A DNA stretch of 64,000 nucleotides from an uncultured Lachnospiraceae bacterium (GCA_910585005.1 CAJUCN010000007.1:37289-101288); one strand, 5' to 3'; shown: positions 39,747 to 49,203, counted from the first letter of the stretch. The notes: generated by a model from the sequence alone, not told the origin. Program-made: numbers and translations.

Positions 39747-40301
39747 ATGTCAAATATGCCCGTACCACAACAGATTTACAGACACTTTAAAGGAAATCTT
39801 TACAGGATCATTACCCTTGCAAGGCACAGCGAGACGGACGAAGAACTGGTGGTCTATCAGGCGCTTTATGGTGATTACCAGGTATATGCAAGGCCAGTCG
39901 GGTCATTTCTTGGGAAAGTGGACAGGGAAAAATATCCGGATGCATCCCAGGAACAACGTTTTGAACTGATGCAGGAAGTGATCCAAACGCCTGAAACGGA
40001 TCATGCATATGATAAGAAAGAAGATCAGGTGAACAAAGAACCCGGCAAAACCTTGCAGGAGCCGGAGCAGGAAGAATTAAATATAGACCCGCTGGTATTG
40101 GAATTTTTAGATGCCGGTTCTTATGAAGAGCGTCTGAACCTATTGGCAGCGCTTCGTTACCGCATCACAGATGAGATGATCAATACGATGGCAGTTTCCG
40201 TTGATCTGGAGATTGAGGAGGGAAATATCCAGGAGAGGTATGAGGAGTTAAAAAACTGTCTCATAACCCTTGAGAGGTTTGAATGTAACAGGCTCAGATA
40301 A
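39747..40301 (+). CDS. DUF1653-like protein with an acidic C-terminal extension
   Basis: N-terminus YRHFKGNLYRIITLARHSETDEELVVYQALYG matches my memory of DUF1653. Confidence 0.65.
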   Translation: MSNMPVPQQIYRHFKGNLYRIITLARHSETDEELVVYQALYGDYQVYARPVGSFLGKVDREKYPDASQEQRFELMQEVIQTPETDHAYDKKEDQVNKEPGKTLQEPEQEELNIDPLVLEFLDAGSYEERLNLLAALRYRITDEMINTMAVSVDLEIEEGNIQERYEELKNCLITLERFECNRLR

Positions 40302-40368
40302 GCTGTTCTCCTTTTTCCGCCAGGCAGCAGCGCTGCACAAGTTTTGATAGCGGGAAAAGGAGGAGACT

Positions 40369-41301
40369 ATGGCATATGACTTGGAGAACAGGCTGGTGAT
40401 TGGGGTGTCATCCAGGGCGTTATTTGACCTGACCGTTGAAAATGAAATTTTTCAGAGTCAGGGTGTGGATGCATATTGCAGTTATCAGGTGGAACATGAA
40501 AAGGAACTGCTTAAGCCAGGAAACGGGTTTAAACTGGTGGAGGCGCTCTTAAATATTAATAATCTGCCGGGGCAGGAGGGAAGGGTTGAGGTGATCATCA
40601 TGTCCCATAACAGCCCGGATACGTCCCTTCGGGTCTTTCATTCCATAGCGCATTACGGGTTAAATATTTCCAGGGCGGTGCTTGCCAGCGGCGCATCGCT
40701 GACACCGTATCTGGAAGCGTTTCATACGGATTTGTATTTATCGGCGGACGAAGAGGATGTGCAGTCGGCGGTTAACTGCGGGATTGCGGCAGGGATCATC
40801 TGCTGTGATGAAATCCGGATGCCGGGGAAGCAGGATCAGATCTCTCAGATCCGGATCGCTTTTGATGGGGATGCCGTTTTGTTTTCCGATGAGTCGGAGC
40901 GGATCTATAAAGAAAAGGGGCTTGAGGCCTTTGAGGAAAATGAACGTCTCCAGGCGGAAAATCCATTAAAGCAGGGTCCTTTTGCCAAATTTTTGAAGAC
41001 CATTTCTGATATTCAGAAAGAATTCGTACCTGAACAGGCGCCAATCAGGACAGCGCTTGTCACTGCAAGAAGCGCACCCGCCCATGAGCGTGTGATCAGG
41101 ACACTGCGGGCATGGAATGTGCGTATCGACGAGGCGTTTTTTTTGGGAGGGATTCAAAAGACAGAAGTGCTTAAGGCATTTGGGGCGCATATCTTTTTTG
41201 ACGACCAGGCAGTACATACCCGCCCGGCTTCGGAGGTAGTCCCTTCGGCGCGGGTTCCTTATAAACAGGAGAAGACAAAAGAACATGGGCGAGACCCATA
41301 A
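40369..41301 (+). CDS. Putative 5'-nucleotidase (PF06189-like)
   Basis: 310 aa with the N-terminus LVIGVSSRALFDL..EN.IF, recalled from that family. Not verified. Confidence 0.55.
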   Translation: MAYDLENRLVIGVSSRALFDLTVENEIFQSQGVDAYCSYQVEHEKELLKPGNGFKLVEALLNINNLPGQEGRVEVIIMSHNSPDTSLRVFHSIAHYGLNISRAVLASGASLTPYLEAFHTDLYLSADEEDVQSAVNCGIAAGIICCDEIRMPGKQDQISQIRIAFDGDAVLFSDESERIYKEKGLEAFEENERLQAENPLKQGPFAKFLKTISDIQKEFVPEQAPIRTALVTARSAPAHERVIRTLRAWNVRIDEAFFLGGIQKTEVLKAFGAHIFFDDQAVHTRPASEVVPSARVPYKQEKTKEHGRDP

Positions 41302-41385
41302 AGAACTATGGCTGGTTATCGTATTTTCGGCATTGCCGGCAAAAAAGGACGATATGCCAGCAGCATAGGAGTGGGAGTAAAGGAT

Positions 41386-43113
41386 ATGAAATACAAAAAT
41401 ATATATGAGGGGCGGTTTTTAAGCCGTCCCAATCGTTTTATCGCATATGTGGATATAGGTGGGCAGCGGGAGAAGGTTCATGTGAAAAATACGGGGAGGT
41501 GCAGGGAGCTGCTTACCGGCCATGCCCAGGTATTTTTGGAAAAAAGTGAGAATGCCGGACGGAGCACAGGGTTTGACCTGGTGGCGGTAAGAAAGGGTGG
41601 GAGGATCATCAATATGGATTCCCAGGCGCCGAATAAGGCGGTGGAGGAATGGCTGAAACAGGGAGGCTTGTTTGGTGAGACAAAGCTGATCCGGCCGGAG
41701 ACTGTTTATGGGGATTCCCGTTTTGATTTTTATGTGGAGACCCCGGAAGATAACATTTTTATTGAGGTGAAGGGAGTGACTTTGGAACAGGAGGATGTAG
41801 TATTGTTTCCTGATGCTCCATCAGAACGTGCCGTCAAACATGTCCGGGAATTGGCAAAGATAACGAGACAAGGATACAAAGCGTATGTGATTTTCGTGAT
41901 ACAAATGGAAGGGGTGAAGTATTTTACTCCCAATACAACGACCCATCCGGAATTTGCAAGCGCTCTCCTGGAAGCAAGAAATGCGGGCGTATCGGTGCTG
42001 GCCTATGATTGCCGGGTGACGAAAGAATCTATGAGCATTAACCGCCCTGTTCCCGTCATTCTTTCCGTGCTCGACAGGATTGCGGTACCGCTGCTTGACT
42101 GGTATGATAACGGGCGCAGGATCCTTCCCTGGAGGGAAGATCCGTCCCCCTACCATGTCTGGGTATCGGAAATCATGCTTCAGCAGACCAGGGTAGAGGC
42201 GGTCAAGCCTTATTATGACCGTTTTATGAAAGCGCTTCCCGATGTGGAGGATCTTGCCAGGGCTGGGGAAGAAGAACTATTAAAACTATGGGAAGGCCTT
42301 GGATATTATAATCGTGTCAGGAATTTAGGGAAAGCGGCGAAGATGATCATGGAGGAGTATCAGGGAAAGGTGCCGGAGGAATATGAGGAACTGGTGAGAC
42401 TGCCAGGGATCGGAAGTTATACGGCAGGAGCGGTCTGTTCTATTGCATACGGGAAAAGAGTCCCGGCAGTGGACGGAAATGTGCTCCGCGTGCTGGCAAG
42501 GCTTTGCTGTGATGAACGGGATATTACACAGCAGTCTGTGCGTAAACAGGTTGAGGAGGAACTAAAGCCGGTCATTCCTCCGCACCGTGCAGGGGATTTT
42601 AACCAGGCCCTTATGGAACTTGGCGCAACAGTCTGTGTGCCCAACGGAAGTCCGCACTGCACGAGGTGTCCATGGGAAATGCTTTGCCAGGCGCACCTTG
42701 CCGGCCAGGAGCAGAAGTATCCCCGGAAAACGCCGAAAAAACCACGGACGATAGAAGAAAAGACCGTCCTGGTTATTAAAGACGCGAGCAGAACGGCGCT
42801 CCAGAAGCGGGAATCTTCCGGGCTTTTAGCAGGAATGTATGAATTTCCAAGCCTTCCGGGGAAATTATCTCAAAGACAGGTACTGTTATATCTGAAACAG
42901 AAAGGCATTTCGGTACTTAAGATTGAAAAGCTCAAAGAAAGCAAACATATTTTTACCCATAAAGAATGGCACATGGTTGGCTATGCCGTCCAGGTGGATG
43001 AGCTTGCTCCCAAACTGGGCGATGAGAAGATTTTATTTGTGGAAAAACATGAGGCAAAAGAAAAATATCCCATACCTTCAGCATATGCAGCCTATATGGA
43101 ATTTTTTCTTTAG
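41386..43113 (+). CDS. mutY: SfsA-like domain fused to A/G-specific adenine glycosylase MutY
   Basis: The N-terminal ~235 aa is SfsA-like (YEGRFLSRPNRFIAYVDIGG...VHVKNTGRCRELL). It then runs without a break into MutY (LLDWYDNGRRILPWRE, SEIMLQQTRV, HhH LPGIGSYTAGAV, an Fe-S Cys cluster and a NUDIX-like C-terminus). Confidence 0.85.
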   Translation: MKYKNIYEGRFLSRPNRFIAYVDIGGQREKVHVKNTGRCRELLTGHAQVFLEKSENAGRSTGFDLVAVRKGGRIINMDSQAPNKAVEEWLKQGGLFGETKLIRPETVYGDSRFDFYVETPEDNIFIEVKGVTLEQEDVVLFPDAPSERAVKHVRELAKITRQGYKAYVIFVIQMEGVKYFTPNTTTHPEFASALLEARNAGVSVLAYDCRVTKESMSINRPVPVILSVLDRIAVPLLDWYDNGRRILPWREDPSPYHVWVSEIMLQQTRVEAVKPYYDRFMKALPDVEDLARAGEEELLKLWEGLGYYNRVRNLGKAAKMIMEEYQGKVPEEYEELVRLPGIGSYTAGAVCSIAYGKRVPAVDGNVLRVLARLCCDERDITQQSVRKQVEEELKPVIPPHRAGDFNQALMELGATVCVPNGSPHCTRCPWEMLCQAHLAGQEQKYPRKTPKKPRTIEEKTVLVIKDASRTALQKRESSGLLAGMYEFPSLPGKLSQRQVLLYLKQKGISVLKIEKLKESKHIFTHKEWHMVGYAVQVDELAPKLGDEKILFVEKHEAKEKYPIPSAYAAYMEFFL

Positions 43114-43185
43114 AATTTCTTAAGTTGATTTGAATGATAAGCTGGGGTATATTAGTGACAAGAGATTGTGAAAGAGGTGGAAAAT

Positions 43186-44211
43186 ATGAAGCTGTTGTCT
43201 TTTGCCGTACCTTGTTTTAATTCGGCAGCTTACATGGAAAAATGTGTAGATTCCCTTTTAAAAGGTGGGGAGGATGTTGAAATAATTATCGTAAATGACG
43301 GTTCCACAGATGAAACTGCTGAAATTGCAGAAAGGTATGTCAGTGAGCACCCTTCCATTGTAAAAGCCGTGCACAAAGAAAACGGCGGGCACGGGTCGGC
43401 GGTGAATGCAGGAATAGACCAGGCGTCAGGCCTTTACTTTAAAGTAGTGGACAGTGACGATTGGGTGAAGGAAGAGCCTTATATGCAGATATTGGATACG
43501 CTGAGAAACCTAACAGGCGGCGAGAAGGCTTTGGACATGCTGATAAGCAACTTTGTCTACGAAAAGGTTGGCGAGAGAAGGCATAAGGTCATGCGCTATA
43601 AACATACACTGCCCATTGATGAAATGTTTACATGGGAAGATGTGAGGCATTTCCATAAGGGACAGTATCTGTTAATGCATTCAGTTATTTTCAGGACGAA
43701 GCTTCTTAGGGAATGCGGCCTTAGGCTTCCGGAGCATACGTTTTATGTGGACAATCTGTATGTGTTTGAACCGTTGCCTTATGTGAGGAATATGTATTAT
43801 CTGGATGTGAATTTTTACCGTTATTATATTGGAAGGGAAGATCAGTCTGTCAATGAAAGCGTTATGATTGGAAGGATCGACCAGCAGATCAGGGTCAATA
43901 AACTTATGGTTGACTATATGGCTGAAAAGAAAAACCAGATCCTGTCAAATAAAAAACTCTATACTTATATGTTGAGTTACTTGGATATCATCACCACAGT
44001 ATCTTCTATCCTGCTGATCCGTTCTGGTACGGAAGAAAATCTGGAAAAGAAAAAGGAATTATGGAATTACTTAAAGAAAAAAGACTGGCTGCTTTACAGG
44101 AAATTAAGGTACGGGCTTTTAGGAAATTGTACGAACCTGCCTGGCAGAAGCGGACGGATGATATCTGTGGAAGGGTATAAGATATGCAGACATTTTTTCA
44201 ACTTTAATTAA
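43186..44211 (+). CDS. Family-2 glycosyltransferase
   Basis: LSFAVPCFNSAAYMEKC ... IIVNDGSTDET ... VDSDDW motifs. Confidence 0.85.
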   Translation: MKLLSFAVPCFNSAAYMEKCVDSLLKGGEDVEIIIVNDGSTDETAEIAERYVSEHPSIVKAVHKENGGHGSAVNAGIDQASGLYFKVVDSDDWVKEEPYMQILDTLRNLTGGEKALDMLISNFVYEKVGERRHKVMRYKHTLPIDEMFTWEDVRHFHKGQYLLMHSVIFRTKLLRECGLRLPEHTFYVDNLYVFEPLPYVRNMYYLDVNFYRYYIGREDQSVNESVMIGRIDQQIRVNKLMVDYMAEKKNQILSNKKLYTYMLSYLDIITTVSSILLIRSGTEENLEKKKELWNYLKKKDWLLYRKLRYGLLGNCTNLPGRSGRMISVEGYKICRHFFNFN

Positions 44212-44215
44212 TGAA

Positions 44216-44238
44216 AAGCGCCGCTTGGCAGCGGCGCT
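44216..44238. terminator. Bidirectional hairpin between convergent genes
   Basis: AAGCGCCGC / GCGGCGCTT stem. Confidence 0.65.
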
Positions 44239-44913
44239 TTAAATATGTCTGATTCGTTGTTTCGCATTGGAACGGTATGTTTGGAAAACCGAAACAATAT
44301 CTGCCTGATATACGATTACATACATAACTGCCGCCATCACAAAGGCTGTCAGCACATCAAAGACAGAATGCTGTTTAATAAATACAGTGGAAAGGATAAT
44401 GGATAGGCACAAAATAAATGAGCCTATATATACTGCCTTGTTTTTAGCAAGTTTCGGGTTATGGATGATTGCCAAATGAGCGCCAATGGAATTATACACA
44501 TGGATACTGGGCCAAAGGTTTGTAGGCGTATCGGCACGGTATAGATGGGAGATCATTTGGGTAAAAATGTTTTCCCTGGGCATTATTTGAGGGCGAAGGT
44601 GATGCCCATTAGGCCAGAGTGTGGAAATTACAAGAAAGACGGTCATTCCCGTAAAAAGAAAGACGCATGTTCTGCAATATTCACGCTTATTTTTGAAAAA
44701 GCAGTAAAGCACTGCCACCGAAACATAAGCAAACCACAAAAAGTAAGGGATCACAAAAGGTTCGCAAAAAGGAATGAAATCATCAATCCAAACATGGATA
44801 ACCGTCTGGGGATGGGTGACAGTTCTTTCAAGAAAAGCGAACCAAAGGCAATAAATAAGGGCATAAATAATAAGCGGTATGGCATGCTTATATTTTTCAT
44901 AAAAATTTTTCAT
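44239..44913 (-). CDS. PAP2-superfamily membrane phosphatase/transferase-like protein
   Basis: 224 aa polytopic protein with a PSIHV and later H/D pattern that is PAP2-like. Confidence 0.6.
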   Translation of the reverse strand: MKNFYEKYKHAIPLIIYALIYCLWFAFLERTVTHPQTVIHVWIDDFIPFCEPFVIPYFLWFAYVSVAVLYCFFKNKREYCRTCVFLFTGMTVFLVISTLWPNGHHLRPQIMPRENIFTQMISHLYRADTPTNLWPSIHVYNSIGAHLAIIHNPKLAKNKAVYIGSFILCLSIILSTVFIKQHSVFDVLTAFVMAAVMYVIVYQADIVSVFQTYRSNAKQRIRHI

Positions 44914-44923
44914 AATATCCTCA

Positions 44924-45898
44924 CTAATATAAAAACTTTAATTTTTCCTTTTCACAGATCAATGTGATGGAGTGACTCATAACGTTTACTTCTCCGTCAG
45001 TGTGCACCCAGAGGGGAGCGGAGGTTTCCAAATGGATTTTGGAAGCCGTATAGTGATCGATTCCCCGGAAACGGTAATGCTTTCCCATAAAAGCAGTGGG
45101 CAAAGCCAAAAGAACCAGCCACTTAGGGATGTCCCCAATGGCGCAGATGTCAAGCAGGCCGTCATGGAAATCTGCACTAGGACAGAACTTAAATCCACCG
45201 CCTTCGTACTGATGGTTCATACATGCCACAAACAGAAATTTGGGTATGTGGATCTTCTGACCGTCATCAAGAGTAAAATCACATGTGATCTTTTGGGCTT
45301 TGATGAGCTGCTTTAGAGCAATGGTCAGATAGGTTAGTTTCCCAAGACCTATTTTATTCAGGATCTTCTTAAATTTAGAAGTCAATGCTTCCTGACATAC
45401 CGCGGCATCGAACCCGATACCGCTGCTGACGATAAAATATCTTTCATCTGCAGGTTCACTCATTGCCTGCCCCGGCAGGCGCCGGGCAACATGATTGTAG
45501 ATTAGCCGTCCAATATCCATCAAAACAGGCTTCTGGCAGGATAAGATTCTATCCAGGGCTTTGGATGGATCGGTAGGAAGTTTTAAATCCCTTGCCATAT
45601 CGTTGCTGGAACCGGTAGGAATATATCCTACTTCTACATGTTCAAAATCGCTGATCCCCTGCAAAGTTTCATTTAGGGTTCCATCGCCCCCAAGGACAAT
45701 CAGCCTTAATGACGTTCCGGATTCAGGCTTTAATAAAGAAGCAGACAGATTCCGAACTAACTTGATAACATGTCCTGCTTCTTGGGAGAAGAAAACCTTA
45801 TATTCAATTTTTCGCTTCTTCAAAACCGGTTCTATCTGAGCCCAGATATGAGCCCCTTTTCCGGATTTTGAAGCAGGATTTACAATTATATAGTACAT
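44924..45898 (-). CDS. Diacylglycerol/lipid kinase family protein (YegS/BmrU-like)
   Basis: Has the VLGGDGTLNE motif and the two-domain DAGK layout. Confidence 0.85.
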   Translation of the reverse strand: MYYIIVNPASKSGKGAHIWAQIEPVLKKRKIEYKVFFSQEAGHVIKLVRNLSASLLKPESGTSLRLIVLGGDGTLNETLQGISDFEHVEVGYIPTGSSNDMARDLKLPTDPSKALDRILSCQKPVLMDIGRLIYNHVARRLPGQAMSEPADERYFIVSSGIGFDAAVCQEALTSKFKKILNKIGLGKLTYLTIALKQLIKAQKITCDFTLDDGQKIHIPKFLFVACMNHQYEGGGFKFCPSADFHDGLLDICAIGDIPKWLVLLALPTAFMGKHYRFRGIDHYTASKIHLETSAPLWVHTDGEVNVMSHSITLICEKEKLKFLY

Positions 45899-46014
45899 GG
45901 CTGCAACCGTACCTTATCTTTGGCGGCGGCAAAGATGCCGCTCTAAAAATCTTTTCCTATTGTAACAGCATTTTAATAAGTAGTAAAGTTTTTTTAAGCA
46001 TGTTTCGTAAATCT

Positions 46015-46027
46015 TAAGCTTTGCTTA
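46015..46027 (+). repeat. Left copy of the 13-bp border repeat TAAGCTTTGCTTA
   Basis: Exact match to 50160-50172. Itself a small palindrome (TAAGC-TTT-GCTTA). Confidence 0.7.
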
Positions 46028-46277
46028 AGAAAGTGATTATTTTCTAAGCCGCTCATTTATGGAAATGCCCTATTTTACGCTATTTTCTTTTTTGCAGTTA
46101 TTGGAAAAATATAGTGTTTTTTACTTCACTAGTGATAAGCCAGTAACAGGTTCATGACAAAAAGAGCGCCTGAGACAAATTATTGTTCAGGTGCTTTTAT
46201 CAGTTCCACGGCTGCCCTTAATTCTTCAATATCCTTTGACAGGTTTTGGCATATGATATTTCAATGTCCTTTGTGGG

Positions 46278-46679
46278 CTATTCTTCTTTTTTGGTGTAAC
46301 GTGGTACTTCGGTTAGTTCTTCTATACGATTAAAAGCTTCTCTTTTCCCCTTTTCATTTAATAAAGAATAGGACAAAAGCATATTTTCTACATAAGGATC
46401 ATCAAAAGCTTTCCCCGCTAGTTTGATTGCTTCACTTTGATTTAATAAGGCGTCAATTTCCTTTTCCCTTTTTTCTATATAATTTTCAGTTATAAAAATG
46501 TTCCAATCAACATTTAATGCGTGGGCAATTTTTTGAATCGTTTCTATTTTAGGATTGACTTTTCCCGTTTCCCATTGTCCTATTTGCTGCTGGGATATTC
46601 CGCCTAATTTTTCCCCCAGTTCTTTTTGGGTCATATTTCTTTTTATTCGTATGCGTTTAATATTTTCGCCTGTAGTCAT
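46278..46679 (-). CDS. XRE-family HTH repressor (CI-like)
   Basis: HTH IKRIRIKRNMTQKELGEKLGGISQQQIGQWETGK. I prefer the start at Met34 of the tracked ORF (RBS GAGGTGA). Confidence 0.85.
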   Translation of the reverse strand: MTTGENIKRIRIKRNMTQKELGEKLGGISQQQIGQWETGKVNPKIETIQKIAHALNVDWNIFITENYIEKREKEIDALLNQSEAIKLAGKAFDDPYVENMLLSYSLLNEKGKREAFNRIEELTEVPRYTKKEE

Positions 46680-46697
46680 TGTTATCACCTCAAAATA

Positions 46698-46802
46698 ACT
46701 ATATCGTAAAAAGGATTTATTTACAATAAAAAACTTGTTTTTTATATTGACACAAGGAGAATATTGTTGTATATTCAATATAACACAAGAAAAGTATTGT
46801 GT
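46698..46802. promoter_or_regulatory. Divergent promoter pair with two ACACAA-N8-TTGTGT operators
   Basis: Leftward promoter: TTGTAA-17-TATAGT on the minus strand (46726-46698). Rightward promoter: TTGACA (46747) -17- TATATT (46770). O1 lies at 46750-46769 and O2 at 46783-46802, with centres 33 bp apart. Confidence 0.6.
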
Positions 46803-46896
46803 AAAGTAAAAGCTTAGAGGAAGGGAATACGAATGAAAAAGTATCGCCTGTAAGATTTAAAAGTGAAATATGCAGTTAGAAGAAAGGAGAGATAAA

Positions 46897-47049
46897 ATGT
46901 CAATCAAAATAAAAGTATCGTATGAGACGGAGGAGGAGCTTAAAGGAGTTCTGATGCTTCTTGCTCCTGTCAAAAGCTGGACAAGGGCGGCGAAGAAAAG
47001 CGGGAAGTTCTTCCGGGCATACATAACCATGGATCATGTGAAAAAGTGA
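46897..47049 (+). CDS. 50-aa ORF downstream of the rightward switch promoter
   Basis: RBS AAAGGAGAG, 7 nt before the ATG. Translation MSIKIKVSYETEEELKGVLMLLAPVKSWTRAAKKSGKFFRAYITMDHVKK. Below the ORF-track cutoff. Confidence 0.45.
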   Translation: MSIKIKVSYETEEELKGVLMLLAPVKSWTRAAKKSGKFFRAYITMDHVKK

Positions 47050-47151
47050 TTTTAGGTGAAGCTTTCTGCTGTATTTTGGCAGTAAATCCCTTTTTTTTGG
47101 ATTGAAAAGATATATCGGATGATAGGAAGTTCCCGAAAATTAAAAAAATAC

Positions 47152-47180
47152 TTGCATATTTGTTAGTGATCTGATATAAT
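47152..47180 (+). promoter_or_regulatory. Near-consensus extended -10 promoter of the scaffold/capsid operon
   Basis: TTGCAT, 17-bp spacer, TGATATAAT. Confidence 0.6.
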
Positions 47181-47254
47181 CACAATATAGCAAATAGAAC
47201 AAATGTGTACCCTACCCCTTATTCTTCAGTGGGGTGGAAGCCTTTGAATTAATG

Positions 47255-47300
47255 GCGCGGTAATGGCTGATTATGGATATCAGTTATTATGGCGCTTTTT
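47255..47300 (+). terminator. Intrinsic terminator inside the 5' leader of the scaffold/capsid operon
   Basis: 17-bp stem (GCGCGGTAATGGCTGAT / ATCAGTTATTATGGCGC; 1 mismatch, 3 G-U pairs) with a 7-nt loop, followed by TTTTT. It ends 50 nt upstream of the ATG at 47351. Confidence 0.6.
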
Positions 47301-47350
47301 CTGTTTGCCAGAATATAGCCGCACGGGCGTAAAACGGAAAGGAAATAAGT

Positions 47351-47791
47351 ATGGACGATAACACGAAAAACACACAGGCATCAACGCAGCAGGACGGCGC
47401 ACAGCAGCCGGAAAAGCTTTTCACGCAGACAGACGTTGACCGGATCATCAATGGCCGGATTGCACGGATGAAGCAGGACATGGACACCGCCGACCAATAC
47501 AGGCGGGAGCGTGACGATGCCCGGAGGGAACTGGAACAATATAAGAATGACGCTTTCCTGACATCAAAGGGCATAAAGGACGCAGATAGGGATTATGTCA
47601 CTTTTAAGGCTACGCAGATGGTCGATGACAGTACCAGCTTTCAGCAGGCGGTTGAAAACTTTCTGAAAGAGAATCCCCGCTACACGGGCAGGGGTTACAC
47701 GGTTGTTTCCACCGGAAGCAGTGGTAACAGCGGATCTGGCGCCTTTTGTGCTGATGCGGATATCAGGAAAGCCATGGGATTGAAAGGATGA
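47351..47791 (+). CDS. Phage capsid scaffolding-like protein (DUF4355-like)
   Basis: 146 aa. LFTQTDVDRIINGRIARMKQ and a charged helical region resemble phage scaffold proteins. Lies immediately upstream of the capsid-like gene. Confidence 0.65.
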   Translation: MDDNTKNTQASTQQDGAQQPEKLFTQTDVDRIINGRIARMKQDMDTADQYRRERDDARRELEQYKNDAFLTSKGIKDADRDYVTFKATQMVDDSTSFQQAVENFLKENPRYTGRGYTVVSTGSSGNSGSGAFCADADIRKAMGLKG

Positions 47792-47797
47792 TGAATT

Positions 47798-48637
47798 ATG
47801 GCTATTGATTTAGTTGAAAAATATCTGCCCTATGTGGACGAACTTTTCACAACGGAGAGCAAGAAAGAGTTGCTTACAAATAAGGATTTTGCCTTTAAGG
47901 GGGCGCACACGGTAAAAATTTATAAGATCAGCACCGGGAAAATGAATGACTATGGAAGGTCAGGGCCAAGTACAGGGAACTGGTCAAGATATGGTGAGGT
48001 AGAATCGCTTAATGCCACCACCCAGACCTGCACACTGTCAAAAGATCGTTCTTTTACCTTTGCCATTGATGCACTGGACAGTGACGAGACAGGGGATTCT
48101 TTGGAAGCGGCTACGGCGTTGGCAAGGCAGGTCAGGGAAGTGGTGATCCCGGAGGTAGACACTTATGTTTTTGGGGTTATGTGCAATCTGGCAGGGATAA
48201 AGCAGGCGCCGAAAGCGCTGACAAAAACAAATATCTATGAGGAGATCATTAACAGCAATAAACTTCTGGATGATGAACAGGTTCCCGAAACAGGGCGTAT
48301 CCTTGTAGTGACTCCTGCCACTTATCTGCTGATGAAGCAGTGCAAGGATATTACAATGGAGACTGACATGGGCAATGACATGAGGATACGGGGCGTAATT
48401 GCAAACCTTGACGGGCTTACCGTCATGAAGATACCAGCCTCCAGGCTTCCGGAGAAATTCGGGTTCATGGTAGCTCATCCATGTGCAACGGTAGTGCCTA
48501 CAAAGTTGGAAAGCTACATCACGCACCATAACCCGCCTGGGATCAATGGGGATCTGGTAGAGGGCCGTGTTGTGTATGATGCTTTCGTACTGGAAAACAA
48601 GGCAAAGGCTATCTGCTACCAGGAGCTGGAAGCATAA
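47798..48637 (+). CDS. Phage major capsid-like protein
   Basis: 279 aa. YLPYVDELF...KDFAFKGAHTVKIYKISTGKMNDYGR ... FTFAIDALD ... ALARQVREVVIPEVDTYVFG matches my recollection of Firmicutes siphophage major head proteins. Not verified. Confidence 0.65.
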   Translation: MAIDLVEKYLPYVDELFTTESKKELLTNKDFAFKGAHTVKIYKISTGKMNDYGRSGPSTGNWSRYGEVESLNATTQTCTLSKDRSFTFAIDALDSDETGDSLEAATALARQVREVVIPEVDTYVFGVMCNLAGIKQAPKALTKTNIYEEIINSNKLLDDEQVPETGRILVVTPATYLLMKQCKDITMETDMGNDMRIRGVIANLDGLTVMKIPASRLPEKFGFMVAHPCATVVPTKLESYITHHNPPGINGDLVEGRVVYDAFVLENKAKAICYQELEA

Positions 48638-48676
48638 GGTTCAGGAAGGGGCTGCTAACGGCAGCCCTTAACCGAT

Positions 48677-48979
48677 ATGGGAGGGCTTATGAATCGGGTT
48701 GACAGGTTGATTGCAAAGGCGAAAAAATTAGGTTTCGGAAATGGGGATGTATTCCTGATATCTGGTGAGACCGGGGGTTGGAAAGTGGGGGCGAAGGAAT
48801 TTCCCGACCTGGAATCGGCAGAACAGTATGTCGATGCATTGATCGGGGATTCTGGCAATGATTTTACGGTTATCATCAATGACATTACCCCGGAATGCCT
48901 GAAAGGCTTGGAAAAGGAACGGTTGGAAAAAGAACGGTCAGGGAAAGAACAGTTCATGAGAATAGATGAGGACAGATAA
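48677..48979 (+). CDS. Hypothetical protein
   Basis: 100-aa ORF in the same operon. No family recognised. Confidence 0.45.
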   Translation: MGGLMNRVDRLIAKAKKLGFGNGDVFLISGETGGWKVGAKEFPDLESAEQYVDALIGDSGNDFTVIINDITPECLKGLEKERLEKERSGKEQFMRIDEDR

Positions 48980-48984
48980 TTACT

Positions 48985-49194
48985 ATGACACAGATCAGAT
49001 TGAAAGCAAAAACTCCTGCTGATATACGCCGTACCCTTACAAGGATAATAAATATGGTGGTGAATGGTCAGATGGACACCAAAACGGCAAATACGATTAT
49101 AGTAGGGTGCAATGCTGTATTATCTTCTATCCGGGTAGACGAGCAACAGCGTAAAATTGAGGAACTGGAAAAAATAATAAATAATATGGCTTGA
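48985..49194 (+). CDS. Hypothetical small helical protein
   Basis: 69 aa, tightly spaced with its neighbours (5 nt and 9 nt). Confidence 0.45.
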   Translation: MTQIRLKAKTPADIRRTLTRIINMVVNGQMDTKTANTIIVGCNAVLSSIRVDEQQRKIEELEKIINNMA

Positions 49195-49203
49195 GGATGG
49201 GTT

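Noticed and set aside
47351-48637. An encapsulin reading of the capsid/scaffold pair. The upstream protein ends in ...DADIRKAMGLKG, which is reminiscent of encapsulin cargo-loading peptides, and the shell-sized protein is 279 aa.
   Set aside because: The 279-aa sequence looks like a siphophage major head protein, not like the family-1 encapsulins I remember. The upstream protein looks like a phage scaffold, which also binds capsids through its C-terminus. I keep this only as one hypothesis under the island finding.
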